A DNA stretch of 64,000 bases from Azolla caroliniana (lineage: Eukaryota; Plantae; Polypodiophyta). Both the position numbers and the translations under genes were made by a program. Under the pieces are notes generated by a model. It made no database searches, was not told where the DNA came from, and saw nothing but the letters and a program-made list of their open reading frames with translations. Location: the NCBI GenBank assembly GCA_043228905.1, contig JBHGNT010000001.1, positions 23,560,001 to 23,624,000 of the forward strand, in the 5' to 3' direction. This document shows positions 25,612 to 39,760 of the stretch, piece after piece (within the stretch, counting starts at the first letter, position 1; every line of letters starts with the position of its first letter).

Positions 25612-26243
25612 CGTGAGCGTATCGCCGGCTAGGCCTGCTCATTGCCGACAGTGTTACTGGCCGAATAAGACCTGAACACGTATAGTCTTCGGACCTGATA
25701 CACGCTCACCGGACACGGAAGAGGGAACTCACGAGAACACAAGAGAGAGAAAACAGAAGTTTGAACTCAATAACTAGCAAGGTTACAATGTATGCAAGAT
25801 TACAACCGGCAAGCCGACAACAGACCCAACACAGAGAACCCACACACACGCGCGCGACAGAGAGAACGCACGATGGAGCCTCTACTGGAAGCACGCGGGC
25901 TTACACGCAACAGAGGCAACCGACCCTCAAACAGAGTGGAGAGCAACAATAGAGGAGGACAGAGCTCGAAACCCTAAACGTGATACCTTCTTCTTCTTCT
26001 CCCCTCCCTTTTATAGGTCATTGAGGAGACCCTTACATCAAAACACGTCAACTTTATTCTCTATCCCTTTGGACAGAGATACGCATCAATTTCCTAACTA
26101 ATAAATATCCCATACCTAGCATATTTACATCAGTCGTCCTATTCCTAGTTATGTACAATGTATCAATTCGTGCACACTCGTGCAAGGGCGGGTTCACGCC
26201 TTTAATTCCTTGATTCCTCTTAGGGCCGGTTTTCTTCACAACA
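19857..26243 (-). mobile_element. Element C: older relative of B, 3'-truncated
   Basis: 5' LTR 25464-26243 with an (AG)n tract at about 25541-25608. PBS TGGTGAACCCGACGTGAA at 25440-25457. gag-pol is colinear with B but has many stops, and ends mid-integrase (GVKLSLTT) at A's LTR. Confidence 0.92.
22136..22800 (-). mobile_element. Element D: solo LTR inserted in C pol
   Basis: 12-bp terminal IR TGTCGTGAAGAT/ATCTTCACGACA; 4-bp TSD GCGT; minus-strand TATA at about 22406-22414; same CTTCACGACA end as B. Confidence 0.9.
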
Positions 26244-29200
26244 TCAGTTTGGTTGGAGAAGACTCGTCGACATTGTTGTTTCCATAGAGTCCAAAAAGTT
26301 ATTGGGCTGACCAATTCCAACACAACTTGAGATTTGACGTTGATAGGAGTTGAGTGGACATTGTCGATGGTGGAGAAAAAAAACCTCTTGTGCTTTTATC
26401 ACGAAAGTCATCCCCTCCTGATGCTTGTATCTGTCAATTGGGGCTTGCCATGATAGCCAACATACATTTCCCCACATGATTGAGCCTTGCACCTGGCATA
26501 ATTGCAATAATTGGCCAACCCCTTGCCATATTCGATGAGTCTCTGGGCAATCCCACAAAGTGTGTCGGCTTGATTCTATTACATTGGGGCACACTACACA
26601 ATTAGGAGAGCTAAGGTTCCCACGTTGCCATGCACAAACCGGTAGTGACCTATGTATTAACAACCATTGGAAAGTGGTGATTTTCCATGCATGTTGTTTC
26701 CAGTTTTTTTGCAAAACTTGGTGATAATTGTGTGAGGAACCTGATATGTGTGCCAAACCTTTGCAACAGCCTGGTCTCGGGCGGTTTGAGCAACTAGAAT
26801 ATGGCGACCCAATCTAGTTGTGAATTGAAAGAAAGGGATGGGTTTGCTTCCTTGCCCCGCGTAAGGATCATGCCATGTCCATTGCAAAGGGTCCCAACTA
26901 ACCTTACGTAGCCATGTGTTTTCGTGAGTACATATGTGCCAATCTAGTTGTACTTTGATAGGATCAGGATCCACAATCCATTTATGCCCAGTATACGTGA
27001 GTACTTGAATTGCCTTATTCTGTGTTGGTGTCTCATTGTCTTGCAATTCAGAGCTTACAATCCTGTCTAGTGTTTCCCTACCTCTTGGGATCAATGAACC
27101 CTCCTCCTCATAGCCTATCCATTTCTCTGTTGTCGTCCTTTCATGGGTAGCTTCCCTAATCAGTAAAGCATTGATGATTTTAGATCTCATAACCCTTCCA
27201 TGGAGTATGTTGGCTTGGTCTTGTATTGGCAATGACATAAACTGTGGCCAACATTCTATACTTTTTTCTGGACCATTTGTAATGTATCACCATGACATCC
27301 CCTTACTTGACCCAATTAATTGATTAGATTCATCTTTGATACATGGGTTCCATAGGATACGTTGACTAAGCCAAGCAGGTTCAGAATTAGGTTGAGCGCA
27401 CTTGAGCCCTCGTCTAATGTCACACCACGCTTTCCACATGGATGCACTGAATCTATCCTCCAATTGGCGAGTGAAACTAGGTTTGAGCTCCATGTTTAGA
27501 ATCTGTCCAGTTTGGGGGTCCCAATTGGCCCCGTTTTTTGGCTTAAAGTACGCAAATTGTAACAGCAACAACATTTTCCAGCAATCATTCCCTGGTTGGA
27601 GTCCTCGCACCACAAATTTGGTGAGTAGGGCTTTTGATTGTGAGAGGGGATCAATAAGACCCAATCCTCCTCTCGACTTAGGTGTAGTGAGTATAGGCCA
27701 CACCACCTTGGCCCGAATTGCATGATCTTCCTTACCAGACCAAATGTAGTTGCGTACCAATCGTTGAATATGGTGTATACTTTCCTTGGAGATTGTCCAA
27801 CATGATAGGTTGTACCACATTGTTGCGAGTAATACCTGATTTGCCACTATGATATGCCCCGCTAGCGAGAGTTTCTTCTAACTCCAATGTATCAACTTTT
27901 GTTGAATGGAGTGAATAATTGGTGCAATCATAGTCTCCGGACGTATGTAGAACCCAATTTGGAAATCCAAATATTTGGTGCTCGCTCCTTGATTGATCCA
28001 GTTGAAAGCGGGATGAGGGTGCCACACAGTATGTGCTTCATGAGAGAGCCATATTGCACAAGATTTGTGCCAATTGATCATGGCATTGGATCTCTTGCAA
28101 AATACGTCTAAACCACTTTCTAGCATTTGTAGATTTTCCAAGTCCCCTTGTAGGTATACTGCGGTGTCATTTGCAAATTCTATATCCAGGAGGCTTTGGT
28201 GAGAATGCGGCACACAAAGACCACATAGGTTTAGTTGTCGCGAGTTGAGAAAGCTAGAGAGTTCTTCGGCATATAATAAAAATAAGGATGGAGCCAGTGG
28301 GCATCCCTGTCGTACAGACCGTGATAGTCGGAAGAAGGGGCCCCTTTCACCTAGTAATGAAACACAACTGTTGGCGTTCCTATAAAGTCCTGCAATGCCT
28401 TGAATCCATGACTCTTGAAAGCCAAGTTTCCCCATCACACTTTCTAGAAAGTTCTAACACACCCTGTCATATGCTTTCTCAAAATCTAGGAGCACCACAA
28501 CCACCTTGTTGTTGGTATGCTTGGCAAGGGCTACTGCTTCCCAAAACGAGAAAACGTTGTCTAGGATGCTCCAATTTCTAACGAAACATGTCTGGGACGG
28601 GTGAATGAGTTGAGGGAGAAGTGGTGCTACACGGCGTGCCACGGTTATTGCAAGCAACTTATAGACAATATTGAGAAGAGTTATGGGTCGCCACTTACTA
28701 ATGTAGTTGGCACTCCCACCACTTTTAGGAATGAGATGTATCATCCCCTGTCCAAATTCCTCTGGCATGTTTCCAGAGGTGATGATCTCCTCATATGCCT
28801 TGCGGAGGTCTTCTTTAATAGTGTCCCAAAGGCACGTGAAAAAGTGAGGAGTGAGGCCATCGATTCCGGGGCAACTATCTGCATCCAAATCGGAGAGGGC
28901 CTCCCATATCTCGATGGTTGATAAGGGGTGCACGAGCCATGTATTCATTTCCATCGTGACTTTCGCGAGTATGCTCTGGAGGATAATATCTTCTCGTGTG
29001 TTGTCCCCTGTGGCCATATGATCTTTGGTAAGTAGTCGCTTGTAGTAACTTGTGGCAATAATCCTCATTTCGTCGCCATCCTCAGTGATCCTTCCATCCT
29101 CTCGGTTGAGGCTATGCATCATTGTTCTAGCGTGCCTCAGTCCCTTGGATCGGAAGAAATCCCTCATGGATTTGTCCCCTACTCGAATCCATCGAGCCAT

Positions 29201-29460
29201 GTTTCCATGAAACTCCATGTCATAGATTGTCTTTTCCCCCATGATGAGTTCATGTTTGGCCATGACAACTTGTCCCGCAATCCAACTACATGCCGGGCAT
29301 CTCTGTTGGAGTCGTTGTAAGGCTATTAGTCCTCGTTTTGTTCTCTGTCGCTTTTCGTGAGCTTCATCGCTTCTGGTCTTGATAATCTTGTGTAGTAGAG
29401 CTGAAGCTCTTGTTAATTTAGCTAGAAGTTTGTTAGAAGTTAATGCGGTATTGACCAGTA
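26244..29460 (-). mobile_element. L1-type LINE ORF2 pseudogene (RT plus zf-RVT-like), truncated at both ends
   Basis: PGIDG, WRPITLLN, DFEKAYDRV, SVRQGCPLAP, FANDT, GGLGL, CVVC..ES.RH.LWDC. Cut at 26243 by element C. Confidence 0.9.
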
Positions 29461-31039
29461 ATGACCGGTAATAATCATAAAAACTCTTTGGCTTCCCCTC
29501 TTCAGAGATCAAGACATAATTTGAGCTAGGATACGTCATAGACTATTGTTATTCTCTAATAGACCTTCTAGTTTTTTGATTATCCGCCTCTCATAGGAAG
29601 TGTGCTCCCCTTGCTCAATGCTTGTTTGTGGTAAATAGCATCATGTTTAGCTTCAACTCAATAATCCATAACATAGTATAAACCATATGTACCATACGTG
29701 CATTCACATTTGCGAATGGTTCAATCATTCGCGAAAGAAAAACACCCTCAAAGAATGATAAATACCATACTTTTGGATTAACTATTTATTATGAGGTAGA
29801 TAAGCCTAAAAATGAAAACAAAACAAAAAAAAACATTAAAAAATGGGGAAAAAACAAAAAAAAACACAAGAATGTTTGGATAACATTCGCATTCGTTTTT
29901 CAACGTAGGAAAATGAATGTTATACTAGACGAACACAAATTTTACGTACTGTGATCCATAATACACGGCTCGTCAACATCCTCACTTTCTTAGTCTTGTT
30001 GGGAAGCATCTCCATGTGTAGCATATGTGGTTGTAGGAATTGGTCAAAATCAATCAAGTCATCATCAATTTGAGTATTTGACCCATTTACCTTTTCAATG
30101 TCCTCGATGGTTTGATCCCCAACAAGATCAACCAAATTCAAACAATGTCATCACGTATGGAGTTTGAAGTAGGTGTGAAAGAAATTACAACAAGAATATA
30201 GAGGATCATCATACTCACAAGCGATGAAGTGGTTCAACAACAATGGCCTCAACATGGAGAAATTGCCACACTTTTGATATTGTATGAAGAACATGTGTTG
30301 ATAACATGGATGTCTACATACCCCCATTGCACTGGGATATATAATAGTCATGCACTTCATGTTTGTAATGCATCTCCAAAATCATTATAGCCCATGAGCT
30401 AAAATCCTTAACACAGATATTTAGGGAACCCGAACCTTTTATTTTTGTTTCAATACCTACATATATCTTCTTTCTTGTAAGGAACAAGGTGCTATAGTGT
30501 TACAAATACTACAAACATTTGGTCCATAGTGTCTTCAAGCCAATTTGTTATAAATATGACTTTTCCTCTCTTTAACCCTCCCTAAGCAACATGAGTACTA
30601 ATTTATTCAATTTCTCAAATATCCTGTGCCACAAGGCTGACCTAAACTAGATTAGCATTTGAGGCCTTGTGACAATTTGCAACAACACATAACCCATGGT
30701 AATTCTGTTTCAAAGACAGAAAGAAAGTTACCCGCTGGTTTGTATGTAAACTTCTAAAAATAGGCATCTATAACGGGAAATAAATCAGATTCTATAGCCA
30801 ACGTCCGATAGAAACATGAAAAACTGATGGGAAATTAATGTTATCATCATTTAGATGTATCCCTTTTGGAAGAGGCAATACCACCAATTCATAAACTTAA
30901 AAGATGAGCACCTTCCCCACCTCCACAAACTTTTCATGAACTACAAAAGGTGGGCACACATGCCCGGTTCACTTCCTTCGGCATAGGAAGATTTATCTTT
31001 AGTATTTCATCTGAAACCTTGAGATTTCATATTATAAAA

Positions 31040-31805
31040 CTCAACTCCAAGCTGCTCAATATACTAAGATGTAATGCCTTATTTCAAAAAACTATTACTC
31101 AAGCAATCATAGCATATCGGGGCACTTATTCGTTTTCTCGATTGACATGCTATAATGCAACGCTTTGCAGCCAAAAGCTATTATTTCTTGATGCATATAC
31201 TATGATCTAGAGAGTAGTACCTTGCTTCTAGAAATCATCATTACCCAATGTTTTCTTGATGTACATGCCTCGCTTCTAAAAACTATCATCCAAACAAGCA
31301 GAATCATAGAACATTGAGCTGTTTATTTGCTTTCTTGACATTTATGCTATGACATAGCACCTTACATCAAAAACCATCATTACACTGCTTGACTACTAAT
31401 ACCGATCATTACACAATGATTTATGGATGTATATGTTACTATGTGGTATCTTGCTTCTAAAAGCTATACTTACGCTTTCTTCTAAAAGCTACAATTATGC
31501 TGTCTTACAACTAAAGCTATAATTACACTGCCTTACAACTAAAAACTATCATTATGGAAAGTTTTTCCAATGTATATGCTATCATATAGTGCCTAGGTTC
31601 TAAAAGCTATCATCCATGCAAGCAGAATATACTATCATATAGCGCATAGGTTCTAAAAGCTATCATCCATGCAAGTGGAATCATAGTACATTGGGCTATT
31701 CATTTGCTTTCTCAATCTAGATGCAATGAAGTAGCGCCTTACATCTAAAAATCATCATCCATCCATCTAAGCAGGAATCATAGTGCATTGGGCAGAATCA
31801 TAGTT
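31040..31805. repeat. Degenerate tandem repeat array downstream of VPS26
   Basis: Recurrent CTTGCTTCTAAAAGCTATCAT and GCAGAATCATAG motifs. Confidence 0.65.
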
Positions 31806-31918
31806 AGAGCGTGGGTAGAAGAGAGGAGAAGCTACAATTTTATTGTTCAAAATAGACGTAGCATATTTCCAAGCATTTGTTTCAACACTAGTGATATGCC
31901 CCTATTCAGGTGCCATGT

Positions 31919-34900
31919 TCAATCCAACCGGTACAATGTAATCTCTTGCTGCTTGAAGTACCTCCTATCCTCTTCGTCAACTAGCACAAGATTGAAAAAA
32001 TATTTTACACTGAATTTGTTGTTCACGTTATTATATGTAGGTGTCAGATCATATTCATTCAAGAACAATCTGATAGGTATTGCTTCCCCTGTTTCATAAA
32101 AAGGTGTTCGGTGTTAATAGTTTTTGATATCAAAAACCAAAATACAATACTAAGAATGTAATATTTATATACATATATACATGCACGTATATATAGATAT
32201 ATATTCTTTCTATATACATTGGGGTGAGGGGGTTGGCCAAAGGCTTATTCAAGAATTGAACTCCTGCCCACCCTCAGTTGCCACAATAAAACAATGTATC
32301 TATATGTGTGTATGGATCCGGATCTAGATATAGGGATACAGATGCGGATATCGATATGGATGGATATGGACGTGGAAATGGACATGTACATGATGCACGT
32401 GCATGTGGAGCTGGAGATGCAGGTGAAGGTGGATGTGCATCTGTACCTGTACCTGTACTTGTATGTATCTGTATCTGTATCTGTATCTGTATATGTATAT
32501 AAAAATGTAATGCATGCACATTTATTACTTAGTTTCATGTACTCACCTCGAACAGGTGCACCATCCATTAACTCATATTTCACTAGCGTCTCTGTCTCAA
32601 CAACTGTATTCGAACCTGAACCAGTAGATTCACGACGTCTAATCTCAAGCTCCATGTGCTTAATCTTTATACGAACCAGCATGAAATAAATCTTTCCAAT
32701 GACCACGTCACTGAGGTGGTACCTAAAAAATTAAAATGAGGCAAAGACTATAACAAAGTGCATAGTAATATATCCACAGAAAATTGACATAAAAAATTCT
32801 TTACCATACTTGTTCTTGCTGTATTCGAACTCGATGTGTAAGCAATCTTCAATGCCAACTTCCATCTGTCGTTAAACTCTCTTTCTCTCTCCTTTTTTCT
32901 TTTTTCATTTTTTCATTTTTTCATTTTTTCATTTTAGAAAAACATGGCTGTATAATAATTGTGCGGAAAAAATCATCAGAATTCCAAGGAACCTGATTAT
33001 AAGGATTTCACAATAGTACAGACAAATATATAACACTAGAGTATCTTCATCAGTCAATACTTATGCAAGCCATCCAGAATAAGCCACTCTGCGGAGTGAA
33101 CAACTTTGAAGGATGTACAGAGTAGAAATCTCTACCAAATCCATTAGTGTCGCTCCCTTCCATTTCTACTTTCTTCACTGTCGGTATAGAAGGAAGCTAC
33201 TGACATATTGTACACTAAGAAATATATAAGATCATGATGGTCTAGATGTAGAAATTTATTTACATGACAGAGACATAATTGTAGAGCTATTGGCCTCGAT
33301 GTTCAATAGAGCAACGTGTGAGGGCTTTCCTGAGACTTGGAAGTATCACTGCAATTGTGACTTGTCAGGAAACACTGCCTTCATTACTTGCTACCGCACT
33401 ATCCATGATTGATCACTCTATAGCCAAGTTGTATGCATTCATATTTGATCATGAGCTGAGCAGATGGGCAGAGTATGAGGGCTTTAGAGTCAGGGAATGG
33501 GGACGGGGACAAATGTGAAGGAGATTCTCTACTTTGGATCACATATTTGCACTAAGAGTATGTATACCCATCGTTCATGGATAGAGATGCACTATTGGAC
33601 AGATGTGCACCTCATTACATCATAGAGATGAGATAGGTACATATTGGGGTGTATTTCCCAATCAGAGGACATGTCTGTATACAGAGCATGATCCGAGGGG
33701 CACAATGAGATCTGAGGAAGTGTCCACTGCCTCTTTACTGAGAGATTTGGGGCATGAGCGTCTATGATCAGAGATGTTTGGGGCTGTTCCTACTAGATAT
33801 CTGTAGATTTAGAGTCTTTACAAAGGAGTAGACAGCCAGCAGGGCCTGCAGATAAGTTGATGTTATGACTTCTACAGAATGCTGTATATGACTGCAAAGT
33901 ATATTGACACCATACAGCACCATCCTCTGAAATGGTTCATGGGTTGATCCACTGAAGTTATACTTCCTTTTTATGTAATATCATTGTGTGAGATTGAACA
34001 TGATCCCCACAGGTGGCTCACTGCAAAGGACATTGACATCATACAGCACCATCCTCTGAAAGCGTTCATGGGTTGATCCGCTGAAGTTATACCACCTAGA
34101 TATGTACTAATTTATTAGACAGCGCTGTCCTACTCCGTGCCGTTTGAGATGCCCTCTTCTACCCACCAGCACCTCAAGGAACAACTTTTGCATTAATATA
34201 ACGTATTATTGCATTTCTCCACTTGAAATAGAGTGGAAAAAATCAACTTATTTTATACAACAAAGGACAGAGGACATGAGTATCAAGGAAATGGAGGTTT
34301 CTGTGTATACACTACCAACGCAGGTTAACTTAGTGGATGGTCAAATGTGTGAAACTTGGAAAATAATATGGAACTGCTAAAATACTGCCTGAAGGTACAA
34401 AATGGGTGGCAGCCTTCTCAAACAGCCTTCTCAATACATTCTAATAAGGAGAAGGTCCCAACTTTTGATTACACAAAGAAACCAAATTTCGCCCAGACAA
34501 TATTCAGTACAACTTTTGGATATGGGTTTTCATTCTCTTGATTCCACAAGTTGTACTTTATCCCCTCTGATTTCAGCTTGAGGGCTGTATCATTCTTTGC
34601 ATGAAGGGTTATAATTGGCCTTATCTGTTTAGGTGTTAACAATACATGTAAAAAAGTAATGCTTGCCTTAATGTTGTTGCTAAATTCTGGAGGTGGTGAA
34701 ATGTTCCGCACCTGAATTCATGAAGGAAGAATAAGAGTTTATTATCATAGATTGACCAAGGGCACCCATAAAAACGTGAATAACTTACCAAAAAATCATT
34801 GATAACTACCACGTTGGCTGGAAAGTTGCGGCCCACAGTTACCCTTAATATATACCTATCAAAACATTGAAAAGTATTGCAATAAAAGTATTTCAAATAA

Positions 34901-37900
34901 AATGCTATAAATGATTAGTGTCAGTTATAGTGTGGCTCATTTTTATACCCATGTTATACCAGATTATTTTTATGAACCCCACCACCAATAACATTATGGC
35001 ATCAAATGCGTCAAATATAAAGGTATGTAAGGTATGTGATGAAGACCTTGTAGAGGATGAAATCGCTTTCTTTTTGCATGCTCAGCATATAGTGCAATTT
35101 ATGAAAGCTATGGTGCTATATTATGAAGGGATGATAACTTGAGTGGCATACTTGAGACACCACCTACAAGGTTGACCTCATATGTGTATGCCTTATTCGC
35201 ACAGAGACTTTGTGCTTCGAAGTATGAATATCCCTTCTTAGGGAGGAAACGCAGATCAAGGAAACTTGTTCCATTGGTCAATATTGGCGTCTCTATGGAT
35301 GCTAAAAATACATTCACATTTATAATTCTATCTACAACCTGGCTGCAATAAAGATAATGCTGCTACTGAAAGCTCATCTGACTTAATCTGAAGTATAAAA
35401 AAAACAGAACAAGCAATGATTTCAGGTTGTTAATTCATACCTTAATTTGACATGAGCTCCATAATACGATTCGTACGGCATTTCAACAGCTTGGAACTCA
35501 AAAGGGTAGAGTCTACGTTCGACAATTTCTCCAGGAACGTCCAGTTCTCTGACTACAGCCAACATGAAAAACTTCACGATGTATGAAGCCAACATAACCA
35601 TAGGGTGAACACCCTTCTGTCAATTCAAAATTTCAAATAGATCTTTACCAATGGTTTGCATAGTTACTTGTCATTCAGATCATGAAAGTAGGGATTCAGC
35701 CTATAATTATTTGGCATTCCCTATTGAAGGTCTATTTTCTTTGTTCTTGCACTCTCTGAAATGCATTTGACCTTTAGGCTACAACACTGCTAGTCATATT
35801 GATTCATTAAAACCACAAGCAATTGTTAATTAATCGAGGGAAATTCATATTAGTCATCTAGAGGGCTGCAATTTGAAGAGGTTCATGATAGCTAGCTGCT
35901 GCATGTAACTTGGAACCAGCAAACCAGCTTCTACCTTATGGTTAAGAATATTGTACCATGTGATATTCTTTCCAGGAGAATCATGTATATTTATTTTACT
36001 CATGCATAAATATATATACAATTGGAATTACATGGGCTTACAGACTAAGCCTGAACGTTGTATTTGTAAGTGTGTGAATAATTTTAAAAATTCTAAATCA
36101 AATTAATCAAAACAGTACTCCCTACTCTTATAGAACTTATCTATGATTTTGAGCAATCCAACTGTAATTCTATAAAGAAACTTTAACATGATTCAATATA
36201 TTCTGGACTTTCTTCATAATCCAATTATTTTGAAATCATGCAAACTACATATGGTTATCCAATCTATATGTGAAGGAATGTTTGCATATTAGCATTACAG
36301 ACTGGTGAGAAAACATTTAGACACTTGAATATTCTCTTCTGTTCGATGACTTAATGTTTTCCCATCTATATCAAAACGTATAACCCTTACATCATGAAAG
36401 GCTGCAGAATAGCCAAATTTAAAAATCTAAAAAAACTGCAGGCAGTGCATATGGGATATTTGGAAGTCAACTCAAATGAACTTCACACTAGAAATATAGC
36501 ATCTACGGAATTGCTGTAACTCCATGAACCTGTACATAATTTCACATCAAATAACATGACCAGAAATCTCATGGATTGTTTGAACTACTTACCAAGAGAT
36601 GTAAAATCATAGGCATGGCTTTTATCCAGAGGAAACTCTGTGGGAAAAAAATGAAGTAAATTAATATTTTTACAAAGTTCTATGATGTTTAGAATTAATT
36701 TAATCTATCCGCATATAGACATTCTCTCCTCCATAATGCCTCATATGATCTAGTGAAATCTCAAAAAGGATACAGCACCACAGTACTCTATATTATAACA
36801 ACAGTTATCAAAATGATGAAATTTCATAACATCAATTTAATGCAGCAAGTTCAAAGTTAAGCATCCAAGTAAAGGACACCTTTTCACAAAAAAGAAACTG
36901 AAATCAATACAACAAGCGGCAAATCACAACAGCTTTACTTGTTCAGCATCTTCTGAACAATATACCATTATCCTTGCATGTTGCTATATCTTGCATGATC
37001 AAAATTAAGGATCCGTCATTCATGTTTTCCATCTATCATATAATATACATGACTTGTGTATTTTCAGATGTTTTGTTCTTAATATTTTTCTCATTAACGA
37101 TACTGTATCTTTTAATCAATGGAAAACAACTGTGGGAAGATATCTAGAGTGCCTAGAGATGATACTCTCATTCACTCAATCTGAACCGATTGTATATATC
37201 CACATTTCCAAAAACCATGGTAGAAAGACATATAGAGTACCTAGAAATGGAACTCTAGTTCACTCACTCTGGAGCGCATTTCAGATTGTATATACCTATG
37301 TTTCCAAGGTATCCTAACAAACCAAATATATAAGGAAAATAGATATTTATGTGCATATCTTGCAAGGGTGATTTGTGATATCCATGTCCTCTGTACATTT
37401 AGCTTTGGCAAACCTAATCTCATAACTGTATTCCTCTTCGCATGGAAGAGAGCATTTGTTCAAAATAATGGCATAGGAAACTGAAGGTTTTCTCAAATAA
37501 TTTCATCAGAGACTAAAGGTTTAGCCCCTATCTTGATGTCAAAAGGTCACCTCTTTCATTAATATAGGCCTATTAGAAACCATTTAGCCAGTACATTAGC
37601 ACTGAATATGATGATTCCTAATATGGAAGGAAAAATGAAATAAGATAAATAGACATTGGCAAGAAGAATCAATACACATCTATATTATTCTCTTAACGCT
37701 TTGCAGGTCATTGAAAATAATTAAATTCTACAGCTCTTACTGTCTTGATATGTTTAATCTATGTACAAAGAAAAAAGTTAGAATTTAATCTGAGAGTGTC
37801 AGATGTTCTTACCAATTTGACCGATGAGTTCAATTTTTACACCAAGGTGTTCCACCTTCTTGCCATGGATTGGATCTATCCAAACCTGCAAATTATGAAT

Positions 37901-39731
37901 CCATCTTTTACAAATAAAGTTGTCTACTTCCCCCGAAAGTGAATGAAAATCCAAAATAGCTACATTGATTCTTCTCTATTACAGATAAACAGTTGATACC
38001 TCTCCTGATACAGTATCTTTGCTATGAAAGATTGGATAGGTTCCTGTCTCCCCCTTGTCCTTTTTAACAGTAGCCTGGGCACAGATAGGATCCGTCATGA
38101 AGAGGAATTCACTATATTTCATGGATACATCACACTTTTTTTAAGTTTGAACAAAATGAAATTTTGTTCAAGGAAGCATAGTATTTTGTTTAAGCTGAGA
38201 AACATTCACATTGAATAAAAAAGTCATTGACTTAGCATGCCTGTTTTCGAGTCTCCAAATTCGCAAACTTAATGGAGATGGTACATGGCTGTTTGAAAGC
38301 TCCAACCAAATAATTCTGTAAGCAAACATACCCACACATGAGTAATTGTCTATAAACACAAACCAAAGTACCACTACATGGGGTTATAGGATAAGTTTCA
38401 GAATTGAATATCGGTCCTCAAATGCTTTCCTCTGATTGCTCTAAATTATCTATATATAACTAATCTTGTACTTTATCATTTTTGCCATTTTTCATATATC
38501 CCTTTGGCTTCCATTTTTGCGATCTTTGAGACAAATTAGGCTTCAGATGAAGATCAAAATGCCCCTTGAAACTAACAAATTGGGTTTCAAATTTGGTAAT
38601 GCTAAAACTTTAAATTCTGACTAAATTATAAACCTAATGTATGGTTTCATATGAAAACTTTTCATGCAATCATGAAAGTGAAAATATGAATAAGGAGCCC
38701 CAGAATTTTCTAGCTACCTTAAATTACCCAGAGTTTCCAAATCTCTTTAGAGTTTCATTTTTGAGAGCATTAAAAAAAATTGGGACTTCATTTGTAGCTG
38801 AGAACACCCAAATTCTGGACTTCAAGGGGTCTTTCACTAGTTAAATTTGAAATCCATTTTGGGTTTAGGATGTTTTTCACTGAAAAAAATTAAGACTTCA
38901 TTTGGATTGCAAATTTAACCTGATGAAAGGTCCCTTGAAGGCCAAAACACCCGTAAAACCCAAGAAGGGTCCAAATTTTCGCCTTCATTTAAAGACCTTA
39001 ATGCCCCTTGAAAACCAAAATGGGTTTCAAATTTAAGTTCTTTCCAAACAGTTAATGCTGGTTTGAAGCCCAAACAGGTTTCACATTTAAGCTCTTCTGC
39101 AAGCATATAAGCTTCTTTTGAATCCTAAATGGGTTTCAATTAAATAACGTTTGAGAACATTAACTGGAATTCATTTGAAGCCCAAAATGTGCATTAAAAT
39201 TCAAATATACGCCCTCACATTGCTTCATTTGAAACCAAAAATGCGTTTTTAATTTTGGCCAGTCAGGTTAGGAATGCTTCTGGTAACCACATTTGAGGCA
39301 ATGACAGCAAAATTGCACTAATGGCCAGCAAAGCGACAGTGGTGCTACCAAAGTATTAAGAATTTTGATTACGTTAACTATATAAAACTCATTACACATA
39401 CTAAAATATCTTGCAAGAAGTTGCCATTAACAATAATGGAAAAGATTATGATGTCTAAACCCTCCATCCATTGATGGTATAACTGAAAATCTTACAATAT
39501 CTAAAGTGATGAAGAAAATCCCATTCATTATAAATTTCCGCCTAAATGAAATACTACATCTGAAACGATGATCAAAGAAACCACATTTATTATATACTGA
39601 CAATGTGATGGAAAAGCTAACTAAAACAACAATATACTGATCATAAAATGGAAAAGCTTACCATACCTGAAGTGATGGAGAAGAAAACCATACTTATTAT
39701 ATACTAATGACGTAAGGGAATAGCTTACCAT
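31919..39731 (-). CDS. VPS26: Vacuolar protein sorting 26 (retromer subunit), 11 coding exons, 298 aa
   Basis: Exons 39731-39729 (ATG only), 38315-38241, 38074-38000, 37885-37813, 36637-36593, 35552-35441, 34855-34789, 34711-34667, 32865-32810, 32722-32547, 32088-31919 sum to 897 nt. Motifs NYLVGAFK, KVEHLGVKIELIGQIE, IKMEVGIEDCLHIEFEY, ELMDGAPVRGE, DEEDRRYFKQQEI. The ATG exon is the least certain part. Confidence 0.95.
38540..39260. repeat. Intronic array of direct and inverted GGGTTTCAAATTT / GCCCCTTGAA motifs, possibly a non-autonomous DNA transposon
   Basis: Motifs occur in both orientations; no clean TIR or TSD resolved. Confidence 0.4.
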
Positions 39732-39760
39732 ATCTAAAGTGATGAAGCAAACCCCTTTTT
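39470..39760 (-). repeat. Tandem duplication (units of about 60-70 bp) covering the VPS26 ATG and first donor
   Basis: ATG|GTAAGC at 39731-39723 and again at 39664-39656; decayed copies near 39491 and 39555. Confidence 0.7.

Noticed and set aside
29540-30700. Possible DNA-transposon remnant
   Set aside because: No motif, TIR or TSD I can support.
33240-34100. Coding-like intronic stretch with a duplication of about 60 bp (33903-33962 and 34032-34090)
   Set aside because: Probably a decayed TE, but no identifiable domain.
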